The translations under genes were made by a program, and so were the position numbers. 64,000 nt of DNA from Pedosphaera sp. (GTDB lineage Bacteria > Verrucomicrobiota > Verrucomicrobiia > Limisphaerales > SIBH01): positions 40,653-104,652 of the forward strand of contig JANOQV010000105.1 in assembly GCA_031414955.1 (NCBI GenBank), written 5' to 3'. Within the stretch, counting starts at the first letter, position 1. Every line of letters begins with the position of its first letter. Below are positions 9,157-18,207 of this stretch, in pieces. The notes under the pieces are model-generated. The model had not been told where the DNA came from. It saw nothing but the letters and a program-made list of their open reading frames with translations, and made no database searches.

Positions 9157-10109
9157 ATCGCCTTTTTGCCTTCACCTGTCAGCTCAGGGTGGAGTATTGA
9201 GGCCTCCTTCATGCGTTTGATGGCAACCCGAACGTGATTTTCATCCAACTCGATACCGATGAAGTCACGGTCCAATTGAACACAAGCGACACCAGACGTT
9301 CCCGCGCCCATGAACGGGTCCAGCACAATCGCCCCCTTGTTTGTAGAGGCTTTGAGGCACAACTCGATAAGCGCGATGGGTTTTTGAGTGGGGTGCTTTC
9401 CAAAAACCTTTTCGCGCTTCGGCGGAGCGGCAATTTTCCAGACTGATTTCATCTGCTTTCCCGCGTTCAGCCGCTTCATGTCCTGGTAGTTGAAAAGATG
9501 CTTACTCTTCTCGTTCTTTGCCGCCCAGAGAATCGTCTCGGTCGAGTGCGTGAAGTAACGGCAGGAGAGGTTCGGCGGCGGGTTGGGTTTTTCCCACGCG
9601 ATGTCGTTCAGGATTTTCATCCCGAGCTGCTGCATGGCGTAGCCGACGGAGAAAATGACGTGCTGCGTGCCGGTGACCCAGATCGTGCCGTTGGGCTTGA
9701 GCACGCGCTGGCAGCGGCGCAGCCACTCGGTGTTGAACTCGTGGTTCAGCTCCGGCCCCTTCGACTTGTCCCAGTCGCCCTTGTCCACCTTGACCATCTT
9801 GCCGGCGTGGCAGGTGATGCCGCCGTTGGAGAGGAAGTAGGGCGGATCGGCGAAGATGCAGTCGAAGCAGCCGTCGGGAAATTTCTCGTGCATGGCGTCG
9901 AGCACTTCCAGTGAATTGCCCTGCACCAGCGCGGCCCCGCCGATCTCGGCGCGCAGATGCGTTCGCACCACCTCGAGAATTTGGGGCCAGCCGGGAAACT
10001 GGGCCGGGGTCTTGCCGCGTTTGAGCACGCGCGACGATACAGTCGCCGCGCGCGGCGGGTGCAAGAGAAATGAGCGCAGGCGCGCGACCCCAGGCTCATC
10101 GGGAGACAT
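9153..10109 (-). CDS. Beta-class N6-adenine DNA methyltransferase, DpnA/M2.DpnII-like (probably GATC)
   Basis: IFADPPYFLSNGG, KGDWD, WEKPNPPPNLSCRYFTHSTETILWA, HPTQKP and VLDPFMGAGT (catalytic motif IV before SAM motif I). Start at ATG 10109 or GTG 10154. Confidence 0.9.
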   Translation of the reverse strand: MSPDEPGVARLRSFLLHPPRAATVSSRVLKRGKTPAQFPGWPQILEVVRTHLRAEIGGAALVQGNSLEVLDAMHEKFPDGCFDCIFADPPYFLSNGGITCHAGKMVKVDKGDWDKSKGPELNHEFNTEWLRRCQRVLKPNGTIWVTGTQHVIFSVGYAMQQLGMKILNDIAWEKPNPPPNLSCRYFTHSTETILWAAKNEKSKHLFNYQDMKRLNAGKQMKSVWKIAAPPKREKVFGKHPTQKPIALIELCLKASTNKGAIVLDPFMGAGTSGVACVQLDRDFIGIELDENHVRVAIKRMKEASILHPELTGEGKKAI

Positions 10110-10220
10110 ATTTTGCCTGGGTTTGAACTTCCTCAGAATTTTTCTTCTCGCCACTCGTCGGTTTAATTCGGAGAAATTGACGCTCTCGCTCCCAAGGGGA
10201 GCCGGTGTGAGCAGTCTTCA

Positions 10221-11879
10221 ATGAAGAAAGTTTGGCCAATTCTATGTCTGGTGTGCGGCGCGCTGCTGTTGGGCGGCGCACTGCTCGTGCCGGTGCATTG
10301 GCGCGCGGTGGATGCCTCGGCGGTCGAACGCGCAGGCCGGGGAGGCGCCGGCGCGGCCACCCCCACTTTGATTGAGGAAGGTCTGACTTTCCTGAGCGTG
10401 GAAAAACTCGGCCCGGCTCGGATGCTCTTGCGCACCGCTCAATCGGAGGGTGTGCCGCGCGCCGAGGTGCTGGCGGCGGCGGTCGCCCAGTTTGCCAAGG
10501 ACAATCCCGCTCAGGTGGCACTGGGCGGCGAGGAACCGGTTTTGAGCAAGGTGGATCTGGCTCTGGGCGCGCTGACCGAGCCGCGTCCGATCGTGGAGTT
10601 GCTGGCCCGCCGCACGGCGCGCGAGAAGGCGCTGCAATCCTTGCAGCAATCGCGCCGGCCCGCCGTGTTGCAGATTCTCAAGAACCGTAATCTCACCCGG
10701 ACGGTTCACTTTCCTGCGGCGACGTCCTCCTCCGGTCAGGCCCTGGAAGCAGCCATCATTACCGCCGGCCTCTTGTTTCAAGGCGACTATTTCACGGCAT
10801 CGTTCCGCGAGGCGCTGGAGTGGCTGGCGGTGAGCGCGAATCGCGGCGAGAACTCCGGCGCACTCGAACTGGTCTATCTCGATCTGCTCTCCGTGGGCAA
10901 ACGCCTCGACTGGGTGTCCATGACGGAACTGGTCAAACATGTGGACAGCATCGCCACCTTGCGCGACCTCGCCGAAGCGGTGCGCTCCCACGAGGACGCC
11001 ATGCCGAACATCTTCGCGGCCGTCGCCCTGTCGGGCAACGGCCGGGGCGTGGCCAAGTATCTCGACACCTTTTCCGAGACCGGGATGAATGACGTCAACT
11101 TCGCCCTGCGCCACGGGCGCGGCGCGGTGGATTTGCTCATCAAGCAGCAGCAGCGCATTTATTCCGCCGGCCAGTTTCGCAGCCAGGTCGTCAAGTATGA
11201 TCCGTTTGGTGCGTTCTTCCACGGCCTGATGCCAGCCGCCATTGGCTCCCATGTCGGCGCCTTGTTTCTAAAGTATGCCCTGCTGCTCTTTGCCGCTTTG
11301 TTCATCGCCCGCACCATCGGGTTCATCGTTCCGCCGGTCGGCCATCGCTTCGGCGTGCGGTTCGGTGCCGACCTGGTGCTGGCCGCAGCCATCGCCTTCA
11401 TCGTCGCGCTCTCGGTCGAGCCGTTCGTCGGGCTGCCCGCCCAAATCACGGAACTTCCTTTTCGCATCCAATTCCCCGGCTTCGGGGACGCCGCCGCCAC
11501 CAATCCGCAAACCATCCATCAACCATTTATGAAACAACTCAGCCTTGTCTCACTGTCGGTGTTCTTCGTCATCCAGGCGCTGATCTACGTCTGGTGTCTC
11601 GCCAAGATCGCGCAGATCCGCCGCGAGCCAAACAGCGCCCGCGTGAAGCTGCGCCTCCTGGAGAACGAAGACCACCTCTTCGACGCCGGCCTCTACATCG
11701 GCTTCGCCGGCACGGTCATCTCGCTCATCCTCGTGGCGCTGAACATTCTCGGCAAAGGCAGCACGATGATGGCGTATTCCTCGACCTCGTTCGGCATCAT
11801 CTTCGTCTCGGTGCTGAAGATTTTTCATCTCCGCCCGCTGCGCCGGAAGCTGATCCTCGAAAGTGAAGAGCAGCCATGA
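10221..11879 (+). CDS. Polytopic membrane protein with a MotA/TolQ/ExbB-like C-terminal channel segment
   Basis: N-terminal anchor, large soluble domain and about five C-terminal TMs, including GLYIGFAGTVISL and AYSSTSFGI. Confidence 0.55.
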   Translation: MKKVWPILCLVCGALLLGGALLVPVHWRAVDASAVERAGRGGAGAATPTLIEEGLTFLSVEKLGPARMLLRTAQSEGVPRAEVLAAAVAQFAKDNPAQVALGGEEPVLSKVDLALGALTEPRPIVELLARRTAREKALQSLQQSRRPAVLQILKNRNLTRTVHFPAATSSSGQALEAAIITAGLLFQGDYFTASFREALEWLAVSANRGENSGALELVYLDLLSVGKRLDWVSMTELVKHVDSIATLRDLAEAVRSHEDAMPNIFAAVALSGNGRGVAKYLDTFSETGMNDVNFALRHGRGAVDLLIKQQQRIYSAGQFRSQVVKYDPFGAFFHGLMPAAIGSHVGALFLKYALLLFAALFIARTIGFIVPPVGHRFGVRFGADLVLAAAIAFIVALSVEPFVGLPAQITELPFRIQFPGFGDAAATNPQTIHQPFMKQLSLVSLSVFFVIQALIYVWCLAKIAQIRREPNSARVKLRLLENEDHLFDAGLYIGFAGTVISLILVALNILGKGSTMMAYSSTSFGIIFVSVLKIFHLRPLRRKLILESEEQP

Positions 11880-13303
11880 ACCGCTCGATCCTCATCGTCA
11901 TCTGCGACTTCCTGCTCGTCACGCTGGTGGCGTTCTCGAACTTCGACACCGACAAGCTGGAGCAGCCCGAGACCCGCATCGCCCAGGCGCCCAAGGGCAT
12001 CGGCGGCAACCAGGACATGATGGGCACGCTCCAACTCGCCCTCGAGGACGAGAAGCAGACGCGCGAGAAGTTGACCTCTGATTTGCGCGCGCAGGAGCAG
12101 GCGGCCACCGAGCGCGAGCAGAAGATCAAGGAGTTCCAGGAAAGCCTCCGGCGCACCGAGGAGCAGGCCAAGCAAATCGAAACGCAACGGTCCGCGCTCG
12201 CCCAGCAGGCGGCCGCCGCCCAGTCGAGTTTGCAGGATGTGCAGGGCAAGCTCTCCACGGTCAGCGCGCAGAATCTTGTCTCCCAGGAAAAGCTCGCTTC
12301 ACTCCAGGCGGATCTGAAGAAACGTGAAGAGGAAGCCAAGGTGCTCCAGGCGAAACTCTCCGAGACCGAGCGCGCCGCGCAGGCCACGCTGGCGGAGAAG
12401 CAGCAGATCTCGGCGCAGCTTCAAGTGTCCGAAGCCGAAAAGCGCCTGACCCGCGAGCAAGTCGCCGAACTGCGCGGCACCGTCGCCACCGAGCGCCAGG
12501 AAAAGGCGAAGCTTCAGGAGCATGCCTCGTCCCTGGCCACGAATCTCTCCACCCTGGCCCAGCAATCGGGTGAACTGACCAAGGAGATTCGCGACACCCG
12601 GCCGCTCTCGCCGAATGCCATCTTCAACGGCTTCCTCAGCAACCGTATCACGGCCAGGTTCGATGCGGCCCGCAGCGGCCTCTTCGGTCGCGACGTGGCC
12701 AAGGAGAAGAGCAGCCAATGCCTGCTGTTCACCGAGGGCACGCAGACCTTCGCCCTGTTCCATGTGGACAGCACGCCGCTGACGATTTGGAATCCAGGCA
12801 CGGACTGGAGCAGCCTCACCACAGTCCTGCAGCACGGAAAAGTCGCATTTTCTGGCGTGAGATTGTCGTTCCTCGCCCAAGATCCACGCGTGGTAGTGGT
12901 GCCCATCGGCACCGCGCAGGCCAAACAATATGGCGTGAAGATTTACAATGCCGGCATCGATCCGTTCAAATTCCAGGAGGCCGTCATCGTGGGAGCCAAC
13001 GAAGGCTATTACGGCGAGTGCAAGTTCCAAATCGACACCAGCACGCCCAACTACGTGAAGGTCGATCGCAGCCTGCTCAAGGGCTTGTTCGGACAGTTCA
13101 ACCCCTCGCGCGGCGACTTCGTCCTGACCAAGACCGGCGACCTCATCGGCGTCATGGTCAACGGGGAGTATTGCGCCCTGCTGAACAAGGTCATGCCCAC
13201 GCGCACTATCACCCTCGGCAACGATGTCTCCACCCAGCAGACCGGCCAGATGCTTTCGCAGCTCTACGATCGCATCTTCCAGATGCCGCTGAAGCTGCAG
13301 TAA
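11876..13303 (+). CDS. Single-TM protein with an intramembrane Asp (MotB/ExbD-like), a long coiled coil and a trypsin-like C-terminal domain
   Basis: ILIVICDFLLVTLVAF; a Q/E/K/A-rich heptad region of about 190 aa; NPSRGDFVLTKTGDLIGVMVN. ATGA-coupled to the upstream gene. Confidence 0.55.
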   Translation: MNRSILIVICDFLLVTLVAFSNFDTDKLEQPETRIAQAPKGIGGNQDMMGTLQLALEDEKQTREKLTSDLRAQEQAATEREQKIKEFQESLRRTEEQAKQIETQRSALAQQAAAAQSSLQDVQGKLSTVSAQNLVSQEKLASLQADLKKREEEAKVLQAKLSETERAAQATLAEKQQISAQLQVSEAEKRLTREQVAELRGTVATERQEKAKLQEHASSLATNLSTLAQQSGELTKEIRDTRPLSPNAIFNGFLSNRITARFDAARSGLFGRDVAKEKSSQCLLFTEGTQTFALFHVDSTPLTIWNPGTDWSSLTTVLQHGKVAFSGVRLSFLAQDPRVVVVPIGTAQAKQYGVKIYNAGIDPFKFQEAVIVGANEGYYGECKFQIDTSTPNYVKVDRSLLKGLFGQFNPSRGDFVLTKTGDLIGVMVNGEYCALLNKVMPTRTITLGNDVSTQQTGQMLSQLYDRIFQMPLKLQ

Positions 13304-13309
13304 CGGCCG

Positions 13310-13963
13310 GTGAAAACCAACGCCTCGGGAATCCTGCTGCTGGGTTTGGGGTTTCTTATCGTCGGCTGCGCTTCGTTCGCGAAGCGCCTGGAAGCGGTCA
13401 CGGTTTCAAAAATCCAGCCTGGGTCCACGACGCGCCCAGAAGTGGAGCAACGTCTCGGTGTACCCAGCGAAACCGTCCGGGGAACCAATGGCACCAGGGT
13501 GGTGAGATATTTCTTTCATGAGTTTGAACGCTCAATGGATGTGAGCCACCACCGTCGGCGCTTCGAGCCGGGCCTCGTCCTTTTCCGCACGCTCACGCTG
13601 AGTTACAGCCCCGAGGAGGTTGTCACGCGCCGGCTATACGATGAAAGCCTCACGCCAATTTACCGGACCAACGCCTGGTTCTCAGCTGGGCCGGTGCTGA
13701 CGTCCGCATCGACTGCCTTTTGCCAGCGCGGCGTCACGACGCACTCTGAGGCCGTGGACCGGCTCGGCAGGCCCAGTTCGCACACTTTTGATCAGACTGA
13801 AGGTTCAGTGCTCGTCTGGTTCAGCCTCAAGACCCGCCAATCGAACTGGAGCGATCCAGACATCGGGAAACTAATCATGAGGTTCGACGAGCGTGGAGTG
13901 CTTGGAGACTTCACCCTGGTCGAACACGTCCGGATCAACCTTGATCCATTGGCTCTCCCCTGA
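13310..13963 (+). CDS. Lipoprotein with tandem SmpA/BamE-like repeats
   Basis: Lipobox LIVGC; two copies of the motif G.TT..EV..RLG.PS. Confidence 0.55.
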   Translation: MKTNASGILLLGLGFLIVGCASFAKRLEAVTVSKIQPGSTTRPEVEQRLGVPSETVRGTNGTRVVRYFFHEFERSMDVSHHRRRFEPGLVLFRTLTLSYSPEEVVTRRLYDESLTPIYRTNAWFSAGPVLTSASTAFCQRGVTTHSEAVDRLGRPSSHTFDQTEGSVLVWFSLKTRQSNWSDPDIGKLIMRFDERGVLGDFTLVEHVRINLDPLALP

Positions 13964-14077
13964 ATAGAGAGCGGCCCCGGCGACAATCGGCCGATCACGG
14001 CTGAAGCGCGCCCGTTTTCCGTACCCCATTAGGAATTGAAGATTGCCCGTGACCAGCCTCTCCGGTAAGTCACACCC

Positions 14078-14464
14078 ATGCGTTTCCTGCGCCAGTATCG
14101 ATTCATTGTCGCGTTCTTTCTGCTGCTGATCTTTTGCACCGTGATGTGGGTCCGGCAGATGAATATTCGCCAGTCCAAGCATGTCGAAATGCGCGAGGCT
14201 TTCATCCTGCTCTTCATGCGCAACTACACCCTGGAGGCGCGGCATCTCTTCGACAAGCTGGTCATCGAGGTGCCTAAGTACACCGGGAAGCTTTCCGACA
14301 AGGAAGTGCTGGATGACTTCCAGCGCACCCTGCTGCTGGTGGATCCTTACTCCAACCAGACCAACAACCTGATTTGGAAGTACCATTGGATGCTGAGTGA
14401 GGAACTGGACAAACGCTCCGTGGATCTGCTGGAGCGTGCCCACCAACTGGCCGAAAAGGAATAA
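14078..14464 (+). CDS. Membrane-anchored hypothetical protein
   Basis: 128-aa ORF with an N-terminal TM helix and host-like codon usage. Confidence 0.65.
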   Translation: MRFLRQYRFIVAFFLLLIFCTVMWVRQMNIRQSKHVEMREAFILLFMRNYTLEARHLFDKLVIEVPKYTGKLSDKEVLDDFQRTLLLVDPYSNQTNNLIWKYHWMLSEELDKRSVDLLERAHQLAEKE

Positions 14465-14546
14465 TGGCAAAGGCCGAGCGCGCCGTTGACAGCCAGGTGG
14501 ACGCGGCATACTTTTCGCCGTCACTTAAACCCTTTGGATTGAAGTC

Positions 14547-15302
14547 ATGTTGCTGCGAATCAGTTTAATTTTGGCGATCCTGGCCGGTCTCGGCACGATC
14601 GCGGTCATCCACACCAAGACCCGCGAGCACATCAACGGCATCCGGACCGTGCGGGACGAAAACATTCAAGGCCGCGCGAAGGAAAAGGGCCGCGCGGAAA
14701 AAGCCGAGAAGGAACTGGCCTCCACCAAGGACACTCTCACTCAGACCAAAGACACCCTGGCCAAGACCGAGGAGGAATTGAACGGAGCCAAGCAGCGTCT
14801 CGTCGTCGCGGAGGAAAGCATCGGCAAACTGAAGGGTGAGTTGGCCGGTGCCGTAGAGAGCCGGAAGAAGGCCGAGGCTGACTTGGCCAAGTGGAGCTCG
14901 CTGGGGCTTACCCCCGAGCAGGTGGTGGAACTAGGCAAAAAGGAAAAAGCGCAAAAGGATGCCATCGCCGCGTTGGAGGACGAGAAGTTGATTTTGGCGC
15001 GCAATGCCAAGGAACTCCAAAACAGGCTCGACATTCTCCTGGGGGGCGATGAATTCGTCGTCAAACTCCCGGCCAACACCAAAGGCAACATTATGGCGGT
15101 TGATCCCAAGTGGAATTTCGTCGTGGTCGATCTCGGCAAGAACAAGGAAATGCTCGAAGGCGGCGTCCTCATGGTGCATCGCAACAGCCAACTCGTCGGC
15201 AAGGTCCGCATCCGCGAAGTGCAGGCCGACCGCTGCGTGGCCACGGTGATGCCCGGCTGGCAATTGGGCGAAATCGAAGAAGGCGATCAGGTCATTTACT
15301 GA
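14547..15302 (+). CDS. Membrane-anchored coiled-coil protein with a C-terminal beta-barrel domain
   Basis: N-terminal TM, long coiled coil, then G.I.AVD..WNFVVVDLG...G..L.V.R....VGKVRI..V...GD.V. Confidence 0.7.
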   Translation: MLLRISLILAILAGLGTIAVIHTKTREHINGIRTVRDENIQGRAKEKGRAEKAEKELASTKDTLTQTKDTLAKTEEELNGAKQRLVVAEESIGKLKGELAGAVESRKKAEADLAKWSSLGLTPEQVVELGKKEKAQKDAIAALEDEKLILARNAKELQNRLDILLGGDEFVVKLPANTKGNIMAVDPKWNFVVVDLGKNKEMLEGGVLMVHRNSQLVGKVRIREVQADRCVATVMPGWQLGEIEEGDQVIY

Positions 15303-15303
15303 A

Positions 15304-15462
15304 ATGAACTTGTTCCGATTAATTTTTCTCTGTGCCGCCGTCGTTGCCGCCTGCACGGGATGCAAGACCTCTCCGGAGCCGGAGAACGCTTCCGAGCGTC
15401 CCTGGAACGGCCAGCGCGGCTGGGAGCACGGACTGCCAGCGGGCATCAATCAGGGACGGTAA
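15304..15462 (+). CDS. Small 52-aa lipoprotein missing from the ORF track
   Basis: MNLFRLIFLCAAVVAACTGC-KTSPEPENASERPWNGQRGWEHGLPAGINQGR. Lipobox present; ATG begins 2 nt after the upstream stop. Confidence 0.7.
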   Translation: MNLFRLIFLCAAVVAACTGCKTSPEPENASERPWNGQRGWEHGLPAGINQGR

Positions 15463-15552
15463 ACCTCGGCAGTTTTTCCCGTTCTCCTTCGATTCATTTC
15501 GGCGGCATGACTTCAATTGACAGCCCGCGCACCCTTTCCGCACTCTAGTTCC

Positions 15553-16461
15553 ATGTCGAAACCCGCTCTTGGCCGTGGACTCGGCGCGCTGCTCGGGAAT
15601 ACGCCCGTGGCACCCGCCATGCCGGCCAATCCCCCCCCTGCCCCGGTCGATGACCGAGATCGTGTCTTGCGCGTCAAGCTCGACCGCATCAAGCCCAGCC
15701 CGCTCCAACCCCGCAAAGATTTCACTCCGGAGGCGTTGCAGGAACTGGCCGCCTCGATCAAGGAGCAAGGCATTGTGCAACCACTCATCGTGCGCGATCA
15801 AAAGACGCACTACGAACTCATCGCCGGCGAACGCCGCTGGCGCGCGGCGCAGTTGCTCATGCTGGCCGACGTGCCGGTCATCGTGCGCCAGGCCGACGAT
15901 CGTTCGGTCCTCGAACTGGCGTTGATTGAAAATCTGCAGCGCGAGAATCTGAACCCGATGGAGGAGGCGCTCGGTTACTCGCAACTCATCGGGCAATTCC
16001 AACTGCGCCAGGAAGATGTCGCGACCAAAGTGGGCAAGAGCCGCGTGGCCGTGGCCAACGCCCTGCGCCTGCTCAAGCTTGCCCCCGAGGTTCAGATTTA
16101 CGTGCGCGATGGCCGCCTCTCCGTCGGACACGCCAAAGTGATCTTGTCCCTGGCGCTGGGCGAGCAGCAGAAGCTCGCCGCCGAGCGCGTGCTCAAGAAC
16201 GGTCTGACCGTGCGCCAGGTTGAGGAACTGGTCTCGCACTTGCAGAACCAGCCCGCAGCGACGTCCGGCACCCCGATGCCGGCCGGACTTCCAGCCATTC
16301 GTGACCTGCACGTCGTCGCGGTGGAGAACAAGATTCGCGAGCGCTTCGGCACCAAGGTCCAGTTGCGCTACCGCCAGGGTAAAGGCTCCATCGAAGTGAA
16401 GTTCTACAGCGAAGCCGACCTGGATCGAATCCTCAACGTCATTGGAGTTAAACCCGACTGA
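15553..16461 (+). CDS. parB: Chromosome partitioning protein ParB/Spo0J
   Basis: ALGRGLGALL, QPRKDF, IAGERRWRAA, ALIENLQRENLNPMEEA and HTH VGKSRVAVANALRLL. Confidence 0.95.
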   Translation: MSKPALGRGLGALLGNTPVAPAMPANPPPAPVDDRDRVLRVKLDRIKPSPLQPRKDFTPEALQELAASIKEQGIVQPLIVRDQKTHYELIAGERRWRAAQLLMLADVPVIVRQADDRSVLELALIENLQRENLNPMEEALGYSQLIGQFQLRQEDVATKVGKSRVAVANALRLLKLAPEVQIYVRDGRLSVGHAKVILSLALGEQQKLAAERVLKNGLTVRQVEELVSHLQNQPAATSGTPMPAGLPAIRDLHVVAVENKIRERFGTKVQLRYRQGKGSIEVKFYSEADLDRILNVIGVKPD

Positions 16462-17594
16462 TGCTTGCCTTGCCCCAGGAACTGCGCGAGCAGTGCGCCA
16501 AACAACTGCTCGCCTCGGCAGAAAAAGCCAGCCAACTCACGGCCTTCGTCGGACTGGATGGCTTCGTCGATGAGATCCTCCATCTCGTCGATGTGCGCCA
16601 CAACGCGGCCGAGTTCGAGCGCCTCCCGACCATCGCGCGATTGGCGGAACGGCTGGCCGGCGCCGCCGGCCAGAGCACCAACCTCGAGGCCGTGACCCAG
16701 CGCGTGAAGCTCGGTGGCAACGGACCCATCATGGCCAATGCGCTTTGCCGCTTCGGCGTGAAAGTCACTTATGTCGGCGCGCTCGGTTATCCGAGCCTGC
16801 ATCCGGTGTTCGCTGACTTCGCCGCCAGCGCCGAGGTGCATTCCATCGCCCCGCCGGGACTGACTGACGCCTATGAGTTCCAGGACGGCAAGGTGATGAT
16901 CGGCAAGACCGTGCAACTGGGCGAAATCACCTGGGAGAACATCCAGTTGCGCGTCGGCCGCAAATGGTTCGCCGATAAATTCTTCAGCTCGGACCTCGTG
17001 GCCTTCGTGAACTGGACCATGATCCCGTTCATGAGCGACATCTGGGAAGCCGTGCAAAAGGAACTCTGCCCGGCCAGTAAAGTCCGGCGGCGGAAAATCT
17101 TCTTCGACCTGGCCGATCCCGAGAAGCGGACCCAGGAGGACATCGGGCGCGCGCTGAAATTGATCGAAGGATTCCGCGCCTACTTCGACGTGATCCTCGG
17201 GCTGAACGAAAAGGAGGCGAGGGAACTGGGCGCGGTGCTCGGTCTCGGCGAGGACACGAGTTCGCGCGCCGCTCTCTCCAGCCTGGCTCGCAAAATCCGG
17301 CAGACGACCGGCGTGGACACGCTGGTCGTGCATCCGGTGACTTACGCCGTGGCGGTCACGGGCGATGATTGTGAAATCGTGGACGGCCCGTTCATCGCCC
17401 AACCGCTGATCACCACCGGGGCCGGCGATCATTTCAACGCCGGCTTCTGCCTCGGCAAATCCCTCGGCCTGGACGACGAAATGTCCTTGCTGGCCGGCGT
17501 GACCACGAGCGGCTTCTACGTCCGCAACGCGCAAAGCCCGCGCCTCACCGATCTCGCCGACATGATGCGGCACTGGCCCAGCAAAGAATCGTGA
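16461..17594 (+). CDS. PfkB/ribokinase family carbohydrate kinase
   Basis: KLGGNG..MANAL, LNEKEA and TTGAGDHFNAGF. Confidence 0.85.
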   Translation: MLALPQELREQCAKQLLASAEKASQLTAFVGLDGFVDEILHLVDVRHNAAEFERLPTIARLAERLAGAAGQSTNLEAVTQRVKLGGNGPIMANALCRFGVKVTYVGALGYPSLHPVFADFAASAEVHSIAPPGLTDAYEFQDGKVMIGKTVQLGEITWENIQLRVGRKWFADKFFSSDLVAFVNWTMIPFMSDIWEAVQKELCPASKVRRRKIFFDLADPEKRTQEDIGRALKLIEGFRAYFDVILGLNEKEARELGAVLGLGEDTSSRAALSSLARKIRQTTGVDTLVVHPVTYAVAVTGDDCEIVDGPFIAQPLITTGAGDHFNAGFCLGKSLGLDDEMSLLAGVTTSGFYVRNAQSPRLTDLADMMRHWPSKES

Positions 17595-18163
17595 AACTGC
17601 CCATCCACAAATTTGGCGATCCGATCCTCCGGCGCAAAGGCGCGCGGATCGAGAAGATCACTCCCGAGATCCAGAAGTTCGTCGCCGACATGTTCGACAC
17701 CATGTACGACGCGCGCGGCGTGGGCCTGGCTGCGCAGCAGGTCGGCCAGGCTTTGCAAGTCACGGTCATCGACGTGCGGGGCATCAAGGATCGTCCCTCG
17801 ACCATGCACATCGCTGGCCAACCGGTTGATCTCGAAGCCCACATGCCTTTGGTCCTGATCAATCCCGAGTTGAAGCCCGGCCCGGACACTGTCAAAGGCC
17901 CGGAAGGCTGTCTCAGCTTCCCGGAAGTTTTTGCCGACGTCATCCGACCCGCCGAAGTGGACGTGACGGCGATGAACAACCAAGGCGAGACGTATTCCTT
18001 CCGGGCCGGCGGACTGCTGGCCAAGGCCGTCCAACACGAGTTCGATCACTTGCAGGGAATTCTCTTCATCGACCGCATGACCACCGAGGACAAAGCCGAC
18101 GTGCGGGCCGAGATCGACCTGCTGGCGGAGGAGACCAAGGCGGAGTTGAAGAAGAAGCGGTGA
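17591..18163 (+). CDS. def: Peptide deformylase
   Basis: GVGLAAQQ, EGCLSFP and QHEFDHLQG motifs. Confidence 0.95.
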   Translation: MKLPIHKFGDPILRRKGARIEKITPEIQKFVADMFDTMYDARGVGLAAQQVGQALQVTVIDVRGIKDRPSTMHIAGQPVDLEAHMPLVLINPELKPGPDTVKGPEGCLSFPEVFADVIRPAEVDVTAMNNQGETYSFRAGGLLAKAVQHEFDHLQGILFIDRMTTEDKADVRAEIDLLAEETKAELKKKR

Positions 18164-18207
18164 AGTGAAAATCCTGCGTCTGGTCGAGGCCCGAAGCACC
18201 CTTGCGC

